A stretch of 64,000 bases of DNA from Promethearchaeota archaeon (GTDB taxonomy: Archaea; Asgardarchaeota; Heimdallarchaeia; Hodarchaeales; Hodarchaeaceae): the NCBI GenBank assembly GCA_048938105.1, contig JBHLMN010000008.1, positions 64,001 through 128,000 of the forward strand, written 5' to 3'. Below, in pieces: positions 29,177 through 38,804 of this stretch (the first letter of the stretch is position 1; each line of letters opens with the position of its first letter). Under the pieces are notes generated by a model. The model made no database searches and was not told the DNA's origin. It saw nothing but the letters and a program-made list of their open reading frames with translations. The position numbers and the translations under genes are program-made.

Positions 29177-30991
29177 CTAGATCTTTTCTATAACAGGTAA
29201 TCGGAAAACGAACTTTGCTCCTTGAGGTTTAACATTCTCTATCCAGATCTTGCTTTTGTAAGATTGGAGTATCTCTAAACTTATTGAAAGCCCCAATCCA
29301 CTACCTACTTTTCCTTGTGGGCCAATACTGACGAAAGGTCTGAATATTTCATCCTTTAGACCATCAGGGACCCCAGGGCCATGGTCACTGATACTAAATC
29401 TCCAAAATTGATCCTCTTTTTCCACAGAAATCTCAATTACTTCATTTGGAGGACTCCATTTGATGGCATTATCTATGATATTGCTAAAAACACTACGAAG
29501 ACGTAGATCTGCTAAAGTGAAAATCTTTGGATCTGCTGGCCAATTTACATTGAGTTCTAAATTCTTGGTTTTAATTGCTGATTTAAAACCCACCATTACA
29601 TCCTTAATTATTTCCTTTACATCTATCTCTGACAAGTCTTTTACTTCTTCAAAAGTCCCCAATGTCTTTAGGTAACTTCGTACATCAGTAATGATTTCTT
29701 GCATTGAACGAGTTTTTGCGTTAATTCCATCCAAAGATTCTTCTATTTCAGCAAAATTCTGAATGTGACTTAATTCCTTTCTTAAAACATCTGTAAATCC
29801 TTGAATCACCATTAATTGATTTTTCAAATCATGAGAAATGACACTTAATAGGGAGTTCTTGAAATCTATGCTTTTTCTGAGTAGTAGCTCAATTTCTTTC
29901 TCAAGGGTGATATTCTGAACGAGGTAGATAAAGCCAAGAAGATTATTTTTCTCTCGGAGCGCTTTAATACTCACTCTATAGAATTGACCTTGGGGTTCTA
30001 AGGGATAAAGGAGTTCCATCTCAAAGTTCAGGGGCTCATCGCGAATTTCTGGTAAGGAGTTTTCAATTTGGCTTATTCCTTCATGATAAGGCTTTAATCT
30101 TTCCTGTTCACTAAGGATAGCGAAAAGATTGCTTCCGATGATATCTGGGGGACATTCGCTTTCAAATATATACTGACAGGCTGATTCATTAATATCAACA
30201 ATCAAATTATCTCTAGTAGTCGCTATTATTCCAATATCTGCAAGATTTTTGATTATGAATTGATGAGCAAAAGGTACCAAATCAAGAAATCCAACTTCAA
30301 ACAACGCGTAGAAGAATAATATATAGCAAATGACGAATGCTACTGGTGTTAGGTCTATAAATGTAAGAGGAGGGATTTTGAAGATTCGTATTATATTCCC
30401 TAAAATGGGAAAAATTGAACCAATAATTAAGATTAAAATTTGTTTCTGATAAAGATTACTCCCTTTGGTATTAACCTTAAAATACCTCTGTAAAAGTAAA
30501 AAGAATCCAATGGCCAATAAGAGATATGAATAGATAGTATGACTATAAAAAACAGGTCCATAAACAAGATCTAACGTATTAAAAGGAGTTTCTGTGTTTA
30601 GGGTGACTGATTTATAAAACTGTTCGTGATATTCGTTTGTTATCAATAATAACCAATGAATGAAAGGTGGAAAAAATAACAAACCCATAATTGGTTTAGA
30701 GGCAGTCTCTACTCGATTCGTAAAGATTAAAATGAAAAGAAGAAAGAATGGACAAAGTGCAACTATCCCAAGATATTCAATTTTAATCCAAAATAATTTG
30801 GTAGCTTTATCAACTGCAAGTATATCTAAAGTATACCCTAGAGACCAGATCACTGTACTACCAATTAGTGCCATAAAATGAAGTACCAATCGGGATTTTG
30901 GACGGAAAATAAGGGGATAAAGGAACATACAGAAAGCGAGGACAGTCAGAGCGCCCATTACGACCGCAAATGTTGTAAACTCATAGGGCAT
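29177..30991 (-). CDS. Sensor histidine kinase with an N-terminal HisKA_7TM domain and a PAS-like region
   Basis: 7 TM helices, H-box SHDLKNQL, N-box NIIDNAIKWS, DHGPG, GSGLGLSI. Confidence 0.92.
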   Translation of the reverse strand: MPYEFTTFAVVMGALTVLAFCMFLYPLIFRPKSRLVLHFMALIGSTVIWSLGYTLDILAVDKATKLFWIKIEYLGIVALCPFFLLFILIFTNRVETASKPIMGLLFFPPFIHWLLLITNEYHEQFYKSVTLNTETPFNTLDLVYGPVFYSHTIYSYLLLAIGFFLLLQRYFKVNTKGSNLYQKQILILIIGSIFPILGNIIRIFKIPPLTFIDLTPVAFVICYILFFYALFEVGFLDLVPFAHQFIIKNLADIGIIATTRDNLIVDINESACQYIFESECPPDIIGSNLFAILSEQERLKPYHEGISQIENSLPEIRDEPLNFEMELLYPLEPQGQFYRVSIKALREKNNLLGFIYLVQNITLEKEIELLLRKSIDFKNSLLSVISHDLKNQLMVIQGFTDVLRKELSHIQNFAEIEESLDGINAKTRSMQEIITDVRSYLKTLGTFEEVKDLSEIDVKEIIKDVMVGFKSAIKTKNLELNVNWPADPKIFTLADLRLRSVFSNIIDNAIKWSPPNEVIEISVEKEDQFWRFSISDHGPGVPDGLKDEIFRPFVSIGPQGKVGSGLGLSISLEILQSYKSKIWIENVKPQGAKFVFRLPVIEKI

Positions 30992-31123
30992 TCCAGATGT
31001 CTCCTTTTAAAGATCCTGAGATCAAAGAGATCAATATTTCAAAAGAAAACACAATTTTATTGAATGTCTTTAATATTCATCACAATAGAGAAAATTGAAT
31101 CAGTAAGATAGCGAGGGATTGAA

Positions 31124-32926
31124 TTAGTTTTCGGCCCTTTTTGGGATCTCAAAATAAAATATTGTTCCCTGTGGCTTAGCATCTTCAATCCACATTCGTC
31201 CCAAAAAGAATTGAATGGCTTGAAAAGCGATGGTAAGTCCTAATCCGATCCCTTTTTGTTCACCAAATGCAGCAAACGGTTCAAAAACTTGTTTTTTCAG
31301 GCCATCAGGAATACCAGATCCTTGGTCTGCTATACTTACTTGCCAATCATTATTTGTGTCTATTAAACAAATTTCAATTATCCCTTGAGGAGGTGAAAAC
31401 TTTATTGCATTTGCTATCAAGTTTAATATAACACTGTTCATTGCAAGATTAGCAAGAATATATGCAGGACCCTCAAGTAGTTTTAATTCCACTGATAACT
31501 TTTTTGCGTTAATTTCTGGTTGTAATTGTTTAATAGCGGCTTGAATTGCCCCAATTAACTCATATTTCTCTGTGGGTGATGATCGAAGAACATCTTCTAC
31601 TTTTAGATAAGCAGTAACTTCCTCAATAAGTCGCATTGTAGCATTACTTTTAACCCGAATAGCTAATAGTCCTTCTTTCGTACCCTCAAGATCAGTTGCT
31701 TGTGCAGCTATCTCTGTATATCCATCTAGGACATTCAAATGGTTATAAAGATCGTGTGAGAGGAGTTTTAGTATGAGGTCTTGCATACGATTTTTTTGTT
31801 GAAATGTGAGTTCAGCTGTCACATGATCTGTTATATCTCTGAGAATAACTACAAAACCGAGGATATCTCTGTTACTTGGAGACCTCAGAGGGGAGGCAAG
31901 TAGGTCATAGAACTTTTTGGGAACATCCTGAGGAACTAATATATCGAATTCTGTAGAATACATAGAGGATGTACCTGTCTGTAGTTCCTCCAATCCATGT
32001 TGGACTTCATCTATTTTTTCATTATAAGCCTTCTGTAGTATCTCTGCTTTCAATAATGGAAAGATGTTTTTTCCATAAATCTCTGAAAGTTCTAATCGAG
32101 GGAGAAGAATGTCATGCGCTGCTGAATTAAGATCAATTACTCGCCAATCTCGGTCTATGACAACAATACCATCGAGGATTTCCTCAAATACTCGTTGACG
32201 TGCAATAGGGACTATATCAAGAAAACTAATCCCATATAAAGCATATGCGAACACAATGTAAGCAATAACGAATGAAGTCGGTGTTAGATCCAAATCTAAG
32301 CTTGGGATAAGATAGAATATGCGAATGATATTACCAATAATAGGAACCGTTGTACCGAAGATCAAGATTTGGAGTTGCTTTTTGTAAAGTAGATTAGTTT
32401 CAGAGGTGGATAAATATGTGTGAATCAATAGATAGTATCCAATAGCTAAGAGTATATATGAATAAATGACATTAGTATAAAACAAAGGACCATAAGCTAA
32501 GTCCAAGCTGGAACCAAGATCTGAAATTTGAACTCCAACAGATAGATAAAAAAAGGAATGAAGAGTGTCGTTTGTCAATAAGAATATATAATGAACGAAA
32601 GGAGGAAAGAAAAATAAGCCTATAAATGGTTTCGAAGTAATTTCATAACGTTGAGTAAAGATTAAGATAAATAAAAGAAGAAGAGGAGGTAGTGTAAGGA
32701 TCCCCAAATATTGAAAGTAGTTCCAAAACATCATTGTATTCTCATCAGTGGCTGCTAGCTCCAAAAAGTATCCGACGCACCAACATGCCGTAGCGGCTAC
32801 CATTAAAAGGAAATGTATAGCTACCCGAGATCTTGGACGGAAAAAAAAGGCGTACGAACCTAAAGAAATAGCTAAAAGTGATATCATTCCCATTATCAGT
32901 GCATATACAGATAGCTCATATGCCAT
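31124..32926 (-). CDS. Sensor histidine kinase with HisKA_7TM and PAS domains (paralogue of the neighbour)
   Basis: 7 TM helices, DGIVVID PAS start, SHDLYNHL, NLIANAIKFS, DQGSG, GIGLGL. Confidence 0.92.
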   Translation of the reverse strand: MAYELSVYALIMGMISLLAISLGSYAFFFRPRSRVAIHFLLMVAATACWCVGYFLELAATDENTMMFWNYFQYLGILTLPPLLLLFILIFTQRYEITSKPFIGLFFFPPFVHYIFLLTNDTLHSFFYLSVGVQISDLGSSLDLAYGPLFYTNVIYSYILLAIGYYLLIHTYLSTSETNLLYKKQLQILIFGTTVPIIGNIIRIFYLIPSLDLDLTPTSFVIAYIVFAYALYGISFLDIVPIARQRVFEEILDGIVVIDRDWRVIDLNSAAHDILLPRLELSEIYGKNIFPLLKAEILQKAYNEKIDEVQHGLEELQTGTSSMYSTEFDILVPQDVPKKFYDLLASPLRSPSNRDILGFVVILRDITDHVTAELTFQQKNRMQDLILKLLSHDLYNHLNVLDGYTEIAAQATDLEGTKEGLLAIRVKSNATMRLIEEVTAYLKVEDVLRSSPTEKYELIGAIQAAIKQLQPEINAKKLSVELKLLEGPAYILANLAMNSVILNLIANAIKFSPPQGIIEICLIDTNNDWQVSIADQGSGIPDGLKKQVFEPFAAFGEQKGIGLGLTIAFQAIQFFLGRMWIEDAKPQGTIFYFEIPKRAEN

Positions 32927-33310
32927 GTAATCAGCCTAGTTGGGTGTTTTCCTGATTTGAGAACTCTACAGGTTTCTAAATCAACTTTGTTCATTTTATA
33001 TACAATGAGAGTTGACGAAACATTAAGTTTTCCTTTACCATGAGATCAGAATTATTACCAATTAGATTTCTTTATGAAAAAACTTCTGTAGTGTTTTCTG
33101 ATTAATTAATAATTGATGTTTTTTATAAATCACTTTTTTTTCGCAATTTTCTTCTCATCTCATATAATAACTTAAGAATTTCTATTCAACTTAAAATTAA
33201 GTATGCAGAACTAGACTTCTTGATTCAATCCAATAAGAGAAGTAATATTAAATTTATGAAATCGAGTTAATCTAGAGAATCTAGTTATACTCGTATTCTT
33301 ATGAGTTGTT

Positions 33311-35647
33311 TCATTGATGTTCTTGAATTGCTTTTAAAACTCTATCAGGGGTATAAGGAGGTTCAGTTAAACGAATACCAATAGCATCATAAATTGCATT
33401 TGAAAGACATGGCATTGGTCCACTGATATTCGGTTCAGCAATTGATTTCGCACCAAATGGTCCTGTTGGCTCGTAAGTTTTAACAATAATGGTTTTTATT
33501 TCTGGTAGATCAATTGTTGTCATTACTTTATAATTCCCAAATGAGGGGTTCAACATCCTTCCCTGGGCGTTAAAATAATAACGTTCACTTAATGCATATC
33601 CTAATCCGTTTACTAATGCGCCTTCAGTTTGGCCAATGACCAATTTAGGGTTTATGGGAGTACCACAGTCTACTGCTGCTACATATCTCAGGACTCTTAC
33701 TCTTCCAGTCTCGATGTTTACCTCTACCTCTGCAAAATGAGCACAAAATGGGGGAGGCGATTTTCGTGCCAGTTCTGATGCAACCGCACCAATCTGTTGT
33801 TGATTTTCTGTGTAGAGAGCTTTTGTGCCTATCTCAGTAAAACTCAAAGATTTTTTAGTCTTGGGATGAAATACAGCCTTATTCTTGAGTTCGAGTTCAT
33901 TGATAGGTAAATTCAATAGGACTGCAGCATACTCAAGAACTTGTTTCTTTATTTTTTCAGCTAAATTCTTAACTGCCATCCCAGAGAGGTAGGTTGTAGA
34001 TGATGCATAAGCTCCCTTATCAAATGGAGTAATGTCTGTATCTGAAGAAAGGACAACAATATCAGATTCGATGTCAAGGTTTAAGACTTCTGCGAAAATC
34101 TGAGCTAAAACAGTATCACTCCCAGTTCCGATATCTGTTGCCCCAACCATAAGGTTGAAAGAGCCGTCATCATTCATTTTTGCATAAGCGCTTGCCATGT
34201 CTATATATGGTATTGCAGAGCCTTGCATGAGACATACTAACCCAAATCCTCTCTTTCTCGTTTCAGTATTGTATTTTTTCTTGTGTTCCTCCCGATTCCA
34301 CCATCCAATTGCATCAGCTCCAAGTTTAATACATTCTGAAAGCCCAACCGACTCTAGTGTTTGTTCATGTCCTTCGCCCCCTTCGCCAAGTGCTCTGAAG
34401 ATGGGGGAGGTCTCACCAGGTTTGATATGATTTAATAATCTAAATTCTGCTGGATCCATTCCGATTTTTCTTGCCAGTTCATCCATCACAATTTCCATTG
34501 CCAGTGCAGCTTGCGTACCACCATATCCCCTGTATGCACCTGCTATAGGAAGATTTGTGTAAACAGTGTCACCAACAATACGGATATTGTCACAGTGGTA
34601 CAATGGTAAGGTTTTACTTCCTGTATTACTTAATACTGTTAATCCATGAGTTCCATATGCCCCAGTATTGCTAAGCACTTTCATATCAATAGCAGTAATT
34701 GTTCCATCTTCCTTGACACCAGCTTTGAATCTCGTAGTCATTGGGTGACGAGTTCGTGCGGAAATAAACTCCTCCTTTCTTGTGTACTCCAATTTTACAG
34801 GTCTTTTTAGTTGAAGTGTAAAAGAAGCAGCAATTATCTCTGTAACAATTTCTTGTTTTACACCAAAACCCCCACCGATCCGTGGCTTTATTACTCTGAC
34901 TCTAGCTATTGGAAGATTCAAAACCTGTGCTAGTATTCTTCTTGCATGGTACGGAACCTGAGTAGCAGATCGTACAACTAATCGGTCATGTTCATCTAAA
35001 TAAGTAATTGAAATATGAGGTTCTAAAGGACAATGTTGACCATAATGATTCCGAACTGTACAATCTACAATATAATCAGCTTCAGCGAATCCTTGGTTAA
35101 TATCCCCTACTTCTGCATCTATATGAGCTACGTGATTGTTGGCTGGATCATAAAAAACAGGTATAAGGTATTTTGCATCTCTTTCATCATGGATCACTAT
35201 TTGGTTGCCTAAGGCTTGATCCCAATCGAATAGAGGTTCTAATATTTTATATTTTACCCGAATGAGTTTTATTGCTTCTTCAGCGATCTCTATTGATTCT
35301 GCTGCAACCGCTGCTACTCGATCTCCTACATACTTCACTTTCTTATTGAATAAACGAGTATCATATGGACTTGGTTCGGGGTAACCCTGACCTGCTGTTG
35401 TGTGAAGGACTTGAGAACAATTTTTGTGGGTGAGGATTCCTAATACTCCTGGGTGTTTTTCTGCTTCACTTGTGTCAATATCAGTGATTATGGCATGAGC
35501 ATGGGGACTACTTAGAAGTTTTACATGAACTAGGTCCTTGAAATCAATGTCATCCGTGAATAATGGTTTACCCATAGCCAAACTTAAAGCATCAACTTTA
35601 GGAACACTTTTACCAACTACTCTGCCTTCAAAAACCTTTGATTTTAT
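33311..35647 (-). CDS. Molybdopterin-binding large subunit (cluster 2, XdhD-like); start extended from 35581 to a probable ATA at 35647
   Basis: GGGFGVKQE, AYRGYG, GAYASSTT, GAKSIAE. The in-frame upstream VVGKSVPKVDALSL matches the N-terminus of the cluster 1 subunit. Confidence 0.9.
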   Translation of the reverse strand: MKSKVFEGRVVGKSVPKVDALSLAMGKPLFTDDIDFKDLVHVKLLSSPHAHAIITDIDTSEAEKHPGVLGILTHKNCSQVLHTTAGQGYPEPSPYDTRLFNKKVKYVGDRVAAVAAESIEIAEEAIKLIRVKYKILEPLFDWDQALGNQIVIHDERDAKYLIPVFYDPANNHVAHIDAEVGDINQGFAEADYIVDCTVRNHYGQHCPLEPHISITYLDEHDRLVVRSATQVPYHARRILAQVLNLPIARVRVIKPRIGGGFGVKQEIVTEIIAASFTLQLKRPVKLEYTRKEEFISARTRHPMTTRFKAGVKEDGTITAIDMKVLSNTGAYGTHGLTVLSNTGSKTLPLYHCDNIRIVGDTVYTNLPIAGAYRGYGGTQAALAMEIVMDELARKIGMDPAEFRLLNHIKPGETSPIFRALGEGGEGHEQTLESVGLSECIKLGADAIGWWNREEHKKKYNTETRKRGFGLVCLMQGSAIPYIDMASAYAKMNDDGSFNLMVGATDIGTGSDTVLAQIFAEVLNLDIESDIVVLSSDTDITPFDKGAYASSTTYLSGMAVKNLAEKIKKQVLEYAAVLLNLPINELELKNKAVFHPKTKKSLSFTEIGTKALYTENQQQIGAVASELARKSPPPFCAHFAEVEVNIETGRVRVLRYVAAVDCGTPINPKLVIGQTEGALVNGLGYALSERYYFNAQGRMLNPSFGNYKVMTTIDLPEIKTIIVKTYEPTGPFGAKSIAEPNISGPMPCLSNAIYDAIGIRLTEPPYTPDRVLKAIQEHQ

Positions 35648-36114
35648 TGTTTTTCACCTCTCATCATTGCCGCAGCGTTAAGAACTGCTTTAAGCTGGCC
35701 AGAATAGCCAGTACATCGACAAAGATTTCCATCTAAAGCACGTTTTACATCATCTTTGGTCGGTGAAGGATTTCTATCCAAAAGTGCTTTAGCACTAATA
35801 ATTATCCCAGGGATACAAAATCCGCATTGCACTGCTCCTTCATCAACAAAAGCCTGTTGAAGAGGATGGGGATTTTCACGAGTACCAATTCCTTCAATCG
35901 TAGTTATTGAACCTTCATGAGCTTGAGCAGCGAACATTATACATGATTTAACTGCCCTTCCGTTCAGAATAATCGTACAAGACCCACATTCTCCTTCCAT
36001 GCATCCTCTTTTCACCCCTTTATACCCCTCCTTTCTTAAAACATCGATTAGGAGTTCATTGGGTTCAATTGTTAATATTTTTCTCTTCCCATTAATTATT
36101 ACATTAATTTCCAT
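35644..36114 (-). CDS. 2x[2Fe-2S] small subunit (cluster 2)
   Basis: GCMEGECGSCT, QCGFCIPG, NLCRCTGY. Confidence 0.95.
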   Translation of the reverse strand: MEINVIINGKRKILTIEPNELLIDVLRKEGYKGVKRGCMEGECGSCTIILNGRAVKSCIMFAAQAHEGSITTIEGIGTRENPHPLQQAFVDEGAVQCGFCIPGIIISAKALLDRNPSPTKDDVKRALDGNLCRCTGYSGQLKAVLNAAAMMRGEKQ

Positions 36115-36123
36115 TTTCTTTTC

Positions 36124-36942
36124 TCAACCTCCTTTCAGCTCATTCAACATTCGCCGAAATAACAATCCTAAAAGATGTTCTCGATAGGATTTTGAAGACC
36201 TATAATCAGCCACTATATTTATTGATTGCCTTAATGTTGTTACGGCTGTATCTATATCTAAATTAGATAATGATTTTCCCTTAAGAAATTCTTCCACCTG
36301 AATCACCCGTTGAGCTTTCGTTATACGAGATACTGCAAGACGAGGATCAACTATTATTCCATTCTCTTTTTTTGCTGCAAAAGCCATTGTAAGCCATGAA
36401 TAATCTACTGTAGTTAATGAAAACTTCTCATAACGACAAAAATAATTGTCTCTGAAAGGGAAAACAACTTCTGTTATGATCTCTCCTTTATGCAATTTGT
36501 CACCTTTGAAATAATCCTTCGCGGAAACCTTTCTAATTCCTCCCAGATTTCTTATTACTATTTCTGAGTCGAGAACGAGTAAAACGACTGGTAAACCCAC
36601 CCAAGGATAAGTTCCTGCAATATTGCCCCCAAGAGTGATAACATTACGGAGAGGAGTGTCACCAATGAGTTGACACGCTTCTGTTAATATTCCATTACCG
36701 ATTTTCCTTATGATAGGTGATTCGATTATTTCCGTGATCGTTGTTGTACTTCCTACCCGTGCAAATTTTTGGTCTTTCTTGATATAATTCAATCCTAATC
36801 GTGTAATATCAACAAAATTCGATATGGTTCGATTTTTTGATGTAGCTAGATGAGTTCCACCAGCAATAATTGCTGTAGATTCTTTTGTAAGTAAATTAAG
36901 TGCTTCTTCAAGGCTAGTAGGGTAAGAAAATTCTTGGGTCAT
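36124..36942 (-). CDS. FAD-binding medium subunit (cluster 2)
   Basis: IAGGTH, LRNVITLGGN, DYRSSKSYR. Confidence 0.9.
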   Translation of the reverse strand: MTQEFSYPTSLEEALNLLTKESTAIIAGGTHLATSKNRTISNFVDITRLGLNYIKKDQKFARVGSTTTITEIIESPIIRKIGNGILTEACQLIGDTPLRNVITLGGNIAGTYPWVGLPVVLLVLDSEIVIRNLGGIRKVSAKDYFKGDKLHKGEIITEVVFPFRDNYFCRYEKFSLTTVDYSWLTMAFAAKKENGIIVDPRLAVSRITKAQRVIQVEEFLKGKSLSNLDIDTAVTTLRQSINIVADYRSSKSYREHLLGLLFRRMLNELKGG

Positions 36943-37195
36943 ATCCTAAAAAACCTCCGCCGAGCGGAAAGGTAATCCATAGATGATCGCCATCTTTGAG
37001 TTCATAATCCATTGACATTCTTGTACCATTCACAATTGGAATTAAATGATTTAATTCTTTTTCAAGGAAACCGCTATCTATTAACAATTTTCCAACCAAT
37101 AATCCATCATTAAGCTCTGTGAGTTTCATTTTTCTTTTTTTACTTGGAAAAGGATTTCGAACTGCTGACATCAGTTCTATGGTTATTGAGATCAT
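36914..37195 (-). CDS. MoaD/ThiS/SAMP-family beta-grasp sulfur carrier with a 12-aa extension after GGG
   Basis: IVNGTRMSMDYELKDGDHLWITFPLGGG followed by FLGYDPRIFLPY*. Confidence 0.8.
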   Translation of the reverse strand: MISITIELMSAVRNPFPSKKRKMKLTELNDGLLVGKLLIDSGFLEKELNHLIPIVNGTRMSMDYELKDGDHLWITFPLGGGFLGYDPRIFLPY

Positions 37196-37380
37196 AGTAC
37201 ATCGGTTTAACAGTAATTCAATTAGAGGATAGTTTAGCTAAAAGAATTTGTAGCAATTTCCTTGCATCTTTATCACTCTGCCAAATGATCTATATAAGTA
37301 TAGTTTGCAAAAGAAAATCAGTAAAAAATCTAAAAAAGGAAAGAAATTATATTCTTTTACTTTCTGTTATTTTTTAACTC

Positions 37381-37986
37381 TTAATAATCATCCATTTTAG
37401 CTTTAAAATAAGTCATATCAGAAACATTATCAATATCGTATAGTATTCCTTGAAAGTTTGTTGGAAGGAATACAATTTTCTCTCTAAACTTTTCGATGAT
37501 TTCCTTCAAACCTCTTTTTTCTTCTGAAATATTTAAGACATGCTTAAAGAGCTGAGATCCAATTAAAATAGGATGACCCTTTTGTCTTTGGTAAGTAGGG
37601 ATGATCACAACAGGTGACATGGAGAGATAGTAATCGATCAGTTGGTCAAAGACCGTTGAGGGGATAAAGGGGATGTCTGCTGGTGTAATCATAATTGCCT
37701 GACTATCCAGCGCTTCTTCCATCCCTTGACGGATAGAGGAAGACATACCTCCCCTCTCATAATTAGGATTAAGGACGGTAATTATGTCATTGCATAAACC
37801 TTGGACTTTTTTATTGACTAATTCCGCATCATGTCCGAGAACCACTACTATTCGATCGACTTTAGAGGCTAGTATTGAACTCAGAAGCATTTCTATCATA
37901 GTGATATTTGGTTTGACCTCAAACAATAATTTGTTTCCATTAAATCGCTTCGACTCACCAGCAGCTAGTACAATACAGGTAATCAT
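37381..37986 (-). CDS. mocA: Molybdenum cofactor cytidylyltransferase (MocA/NTP_transf_3)
   Basis: VLAAGESKRF..NKLL, NPNYERGGMSSSIRQG, PADIP, GHPIL, DID; adjacent to a Mo-hydroxylase operon. Confidence 0.85.
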   Translation of the reverse strand: MITCIVLAAGESKRFNGNKLLFEVKPNITMIEMLLSSILASKVDRIVVVLGHDAELVNKKVQGLCNDIITVLNPNYERGGMSSSIRQGMEEALDSQAIMITPADIPFIPSTVFDQLIDYYLSMSPVVIIPTYQRQKGHPILIGSQLFKHVLNISEEKRGLKEIIEKFREKIVFLPTNFQGILYDIDNVSDMTYFKAKMDDY

Positions 37987-38079
37987 GAATGTGAATTCTC
38001 CAGAAATTCAAGTTCTTGAAAATATTCTTGTTTTCAACTGAATTAATATTTTTAAAGATATTTTTTTCTATTAGGATTA

Positions 38080-38784
38080 ATGATAGAAATTGGATATTTA
38101 CTAATTTTTTGGATAGTTGCATGCATCTTCATCATTTTTAAGAGCATTAAAATCGAAGAGATTCGAGTTGAAAGCGAAATAATTCATAAATTGATTAATT
38201 TTAGCAGCCCTTTCATCAAAGGAGTGCCTGCGATTCTTGCAGCTCTATTTGTTTTAATTATGAGGTCAAGTGACTCTCTTTTCTTTTTTGTCTTAATTGG
38301 GGCATTTCTCTTCTGTTTTGCAGGAGATTTAGGAATGGAAAAGGGGATTTTAGTAGGACTTCCCCTCTTCTTAATCGCTCAGCTCCTTTTTAGTATTGCT
38401 TTTCTTGGCCAAGCGTTTTCAATTGGTATATCATTCGAAACTTTAATACCAACAGCTGTTGTAATCGGTGTTGTAGTCGGATATATGTTCATGTTTCTTC
38501 GTTATCTTGATTCATCTGAGACTGGACTTGGAGAGTTTAAAATTCCTGTCATCATGTATTGCCTAGTCATTAGTACAATGCTTATCTCTTCATTCCTCCT
38601 CTGGATTACTTTAGGAATCTTGGAAGTCATTGTGATGATTTTAGGAGCAATAATCTTCGTTATTTCTGATTCAATTATTGGTATTCACGAGTTTCATCAT
38701 AAAATTTCAAGAAACGTTTTGAAGGTTATGGGGACTTATTATATGGCCATTTTCCTCCTCTCATTAGGTGTTCTATTAATATAA
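38080..38784 (+). CDS. YhhN/TMEM86-family lysoplasmalogenase-like membrane protein
   Basis: IKGVP, FCFAGD, FLIAQ, PVIMY, GAIIFVISDSII, VMGTYY. Confidence 0.82.
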   Translation: MIEIGYLLIFWIVACIFIIFKSIKIEEIRVESEIIHKLINFSSPFIKGVPAILAALFVLIMRSSDSLFFFVLIGAFLFCFAGDLGMEKGILVGLPLFLIAQLLFSIAFLGQAFSIGISFETLIPTAVVIGVVVGYMFMFLRYLDSSETGLGEFKIPVIMYCLVISTMLISSFLLWITLGILEVIVMILGAIIFVISDSIIGIHEFHHKISRNVLKVMGTYYMAIFLLSLGVLLI

Positions 38785-38804
38785 CTAATGACCAGGCTTA
38801 TTGG

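Noticed and set aside
32927-33310. Long AT-rich intergenic gap as a possible ncRNA or mobile element
   Set aside because: No GC-rich stem, tRNA fold, terminal inverted repeats or ORF visible; consistent with promoter and terminator sequence.
24703-35647. Aerobic CO dehydrogenase (CoxL) assignment
   Set aside because: Active-site loops are AFRGFG and AYRGYG, not AYxCSFR or AYxGAGR.
24703-37986. Selenocysteine read-through in the Mo-enzyme genes
   Set aside because: The subunits are full length with no in-frame TGA interrupting conserved regions.
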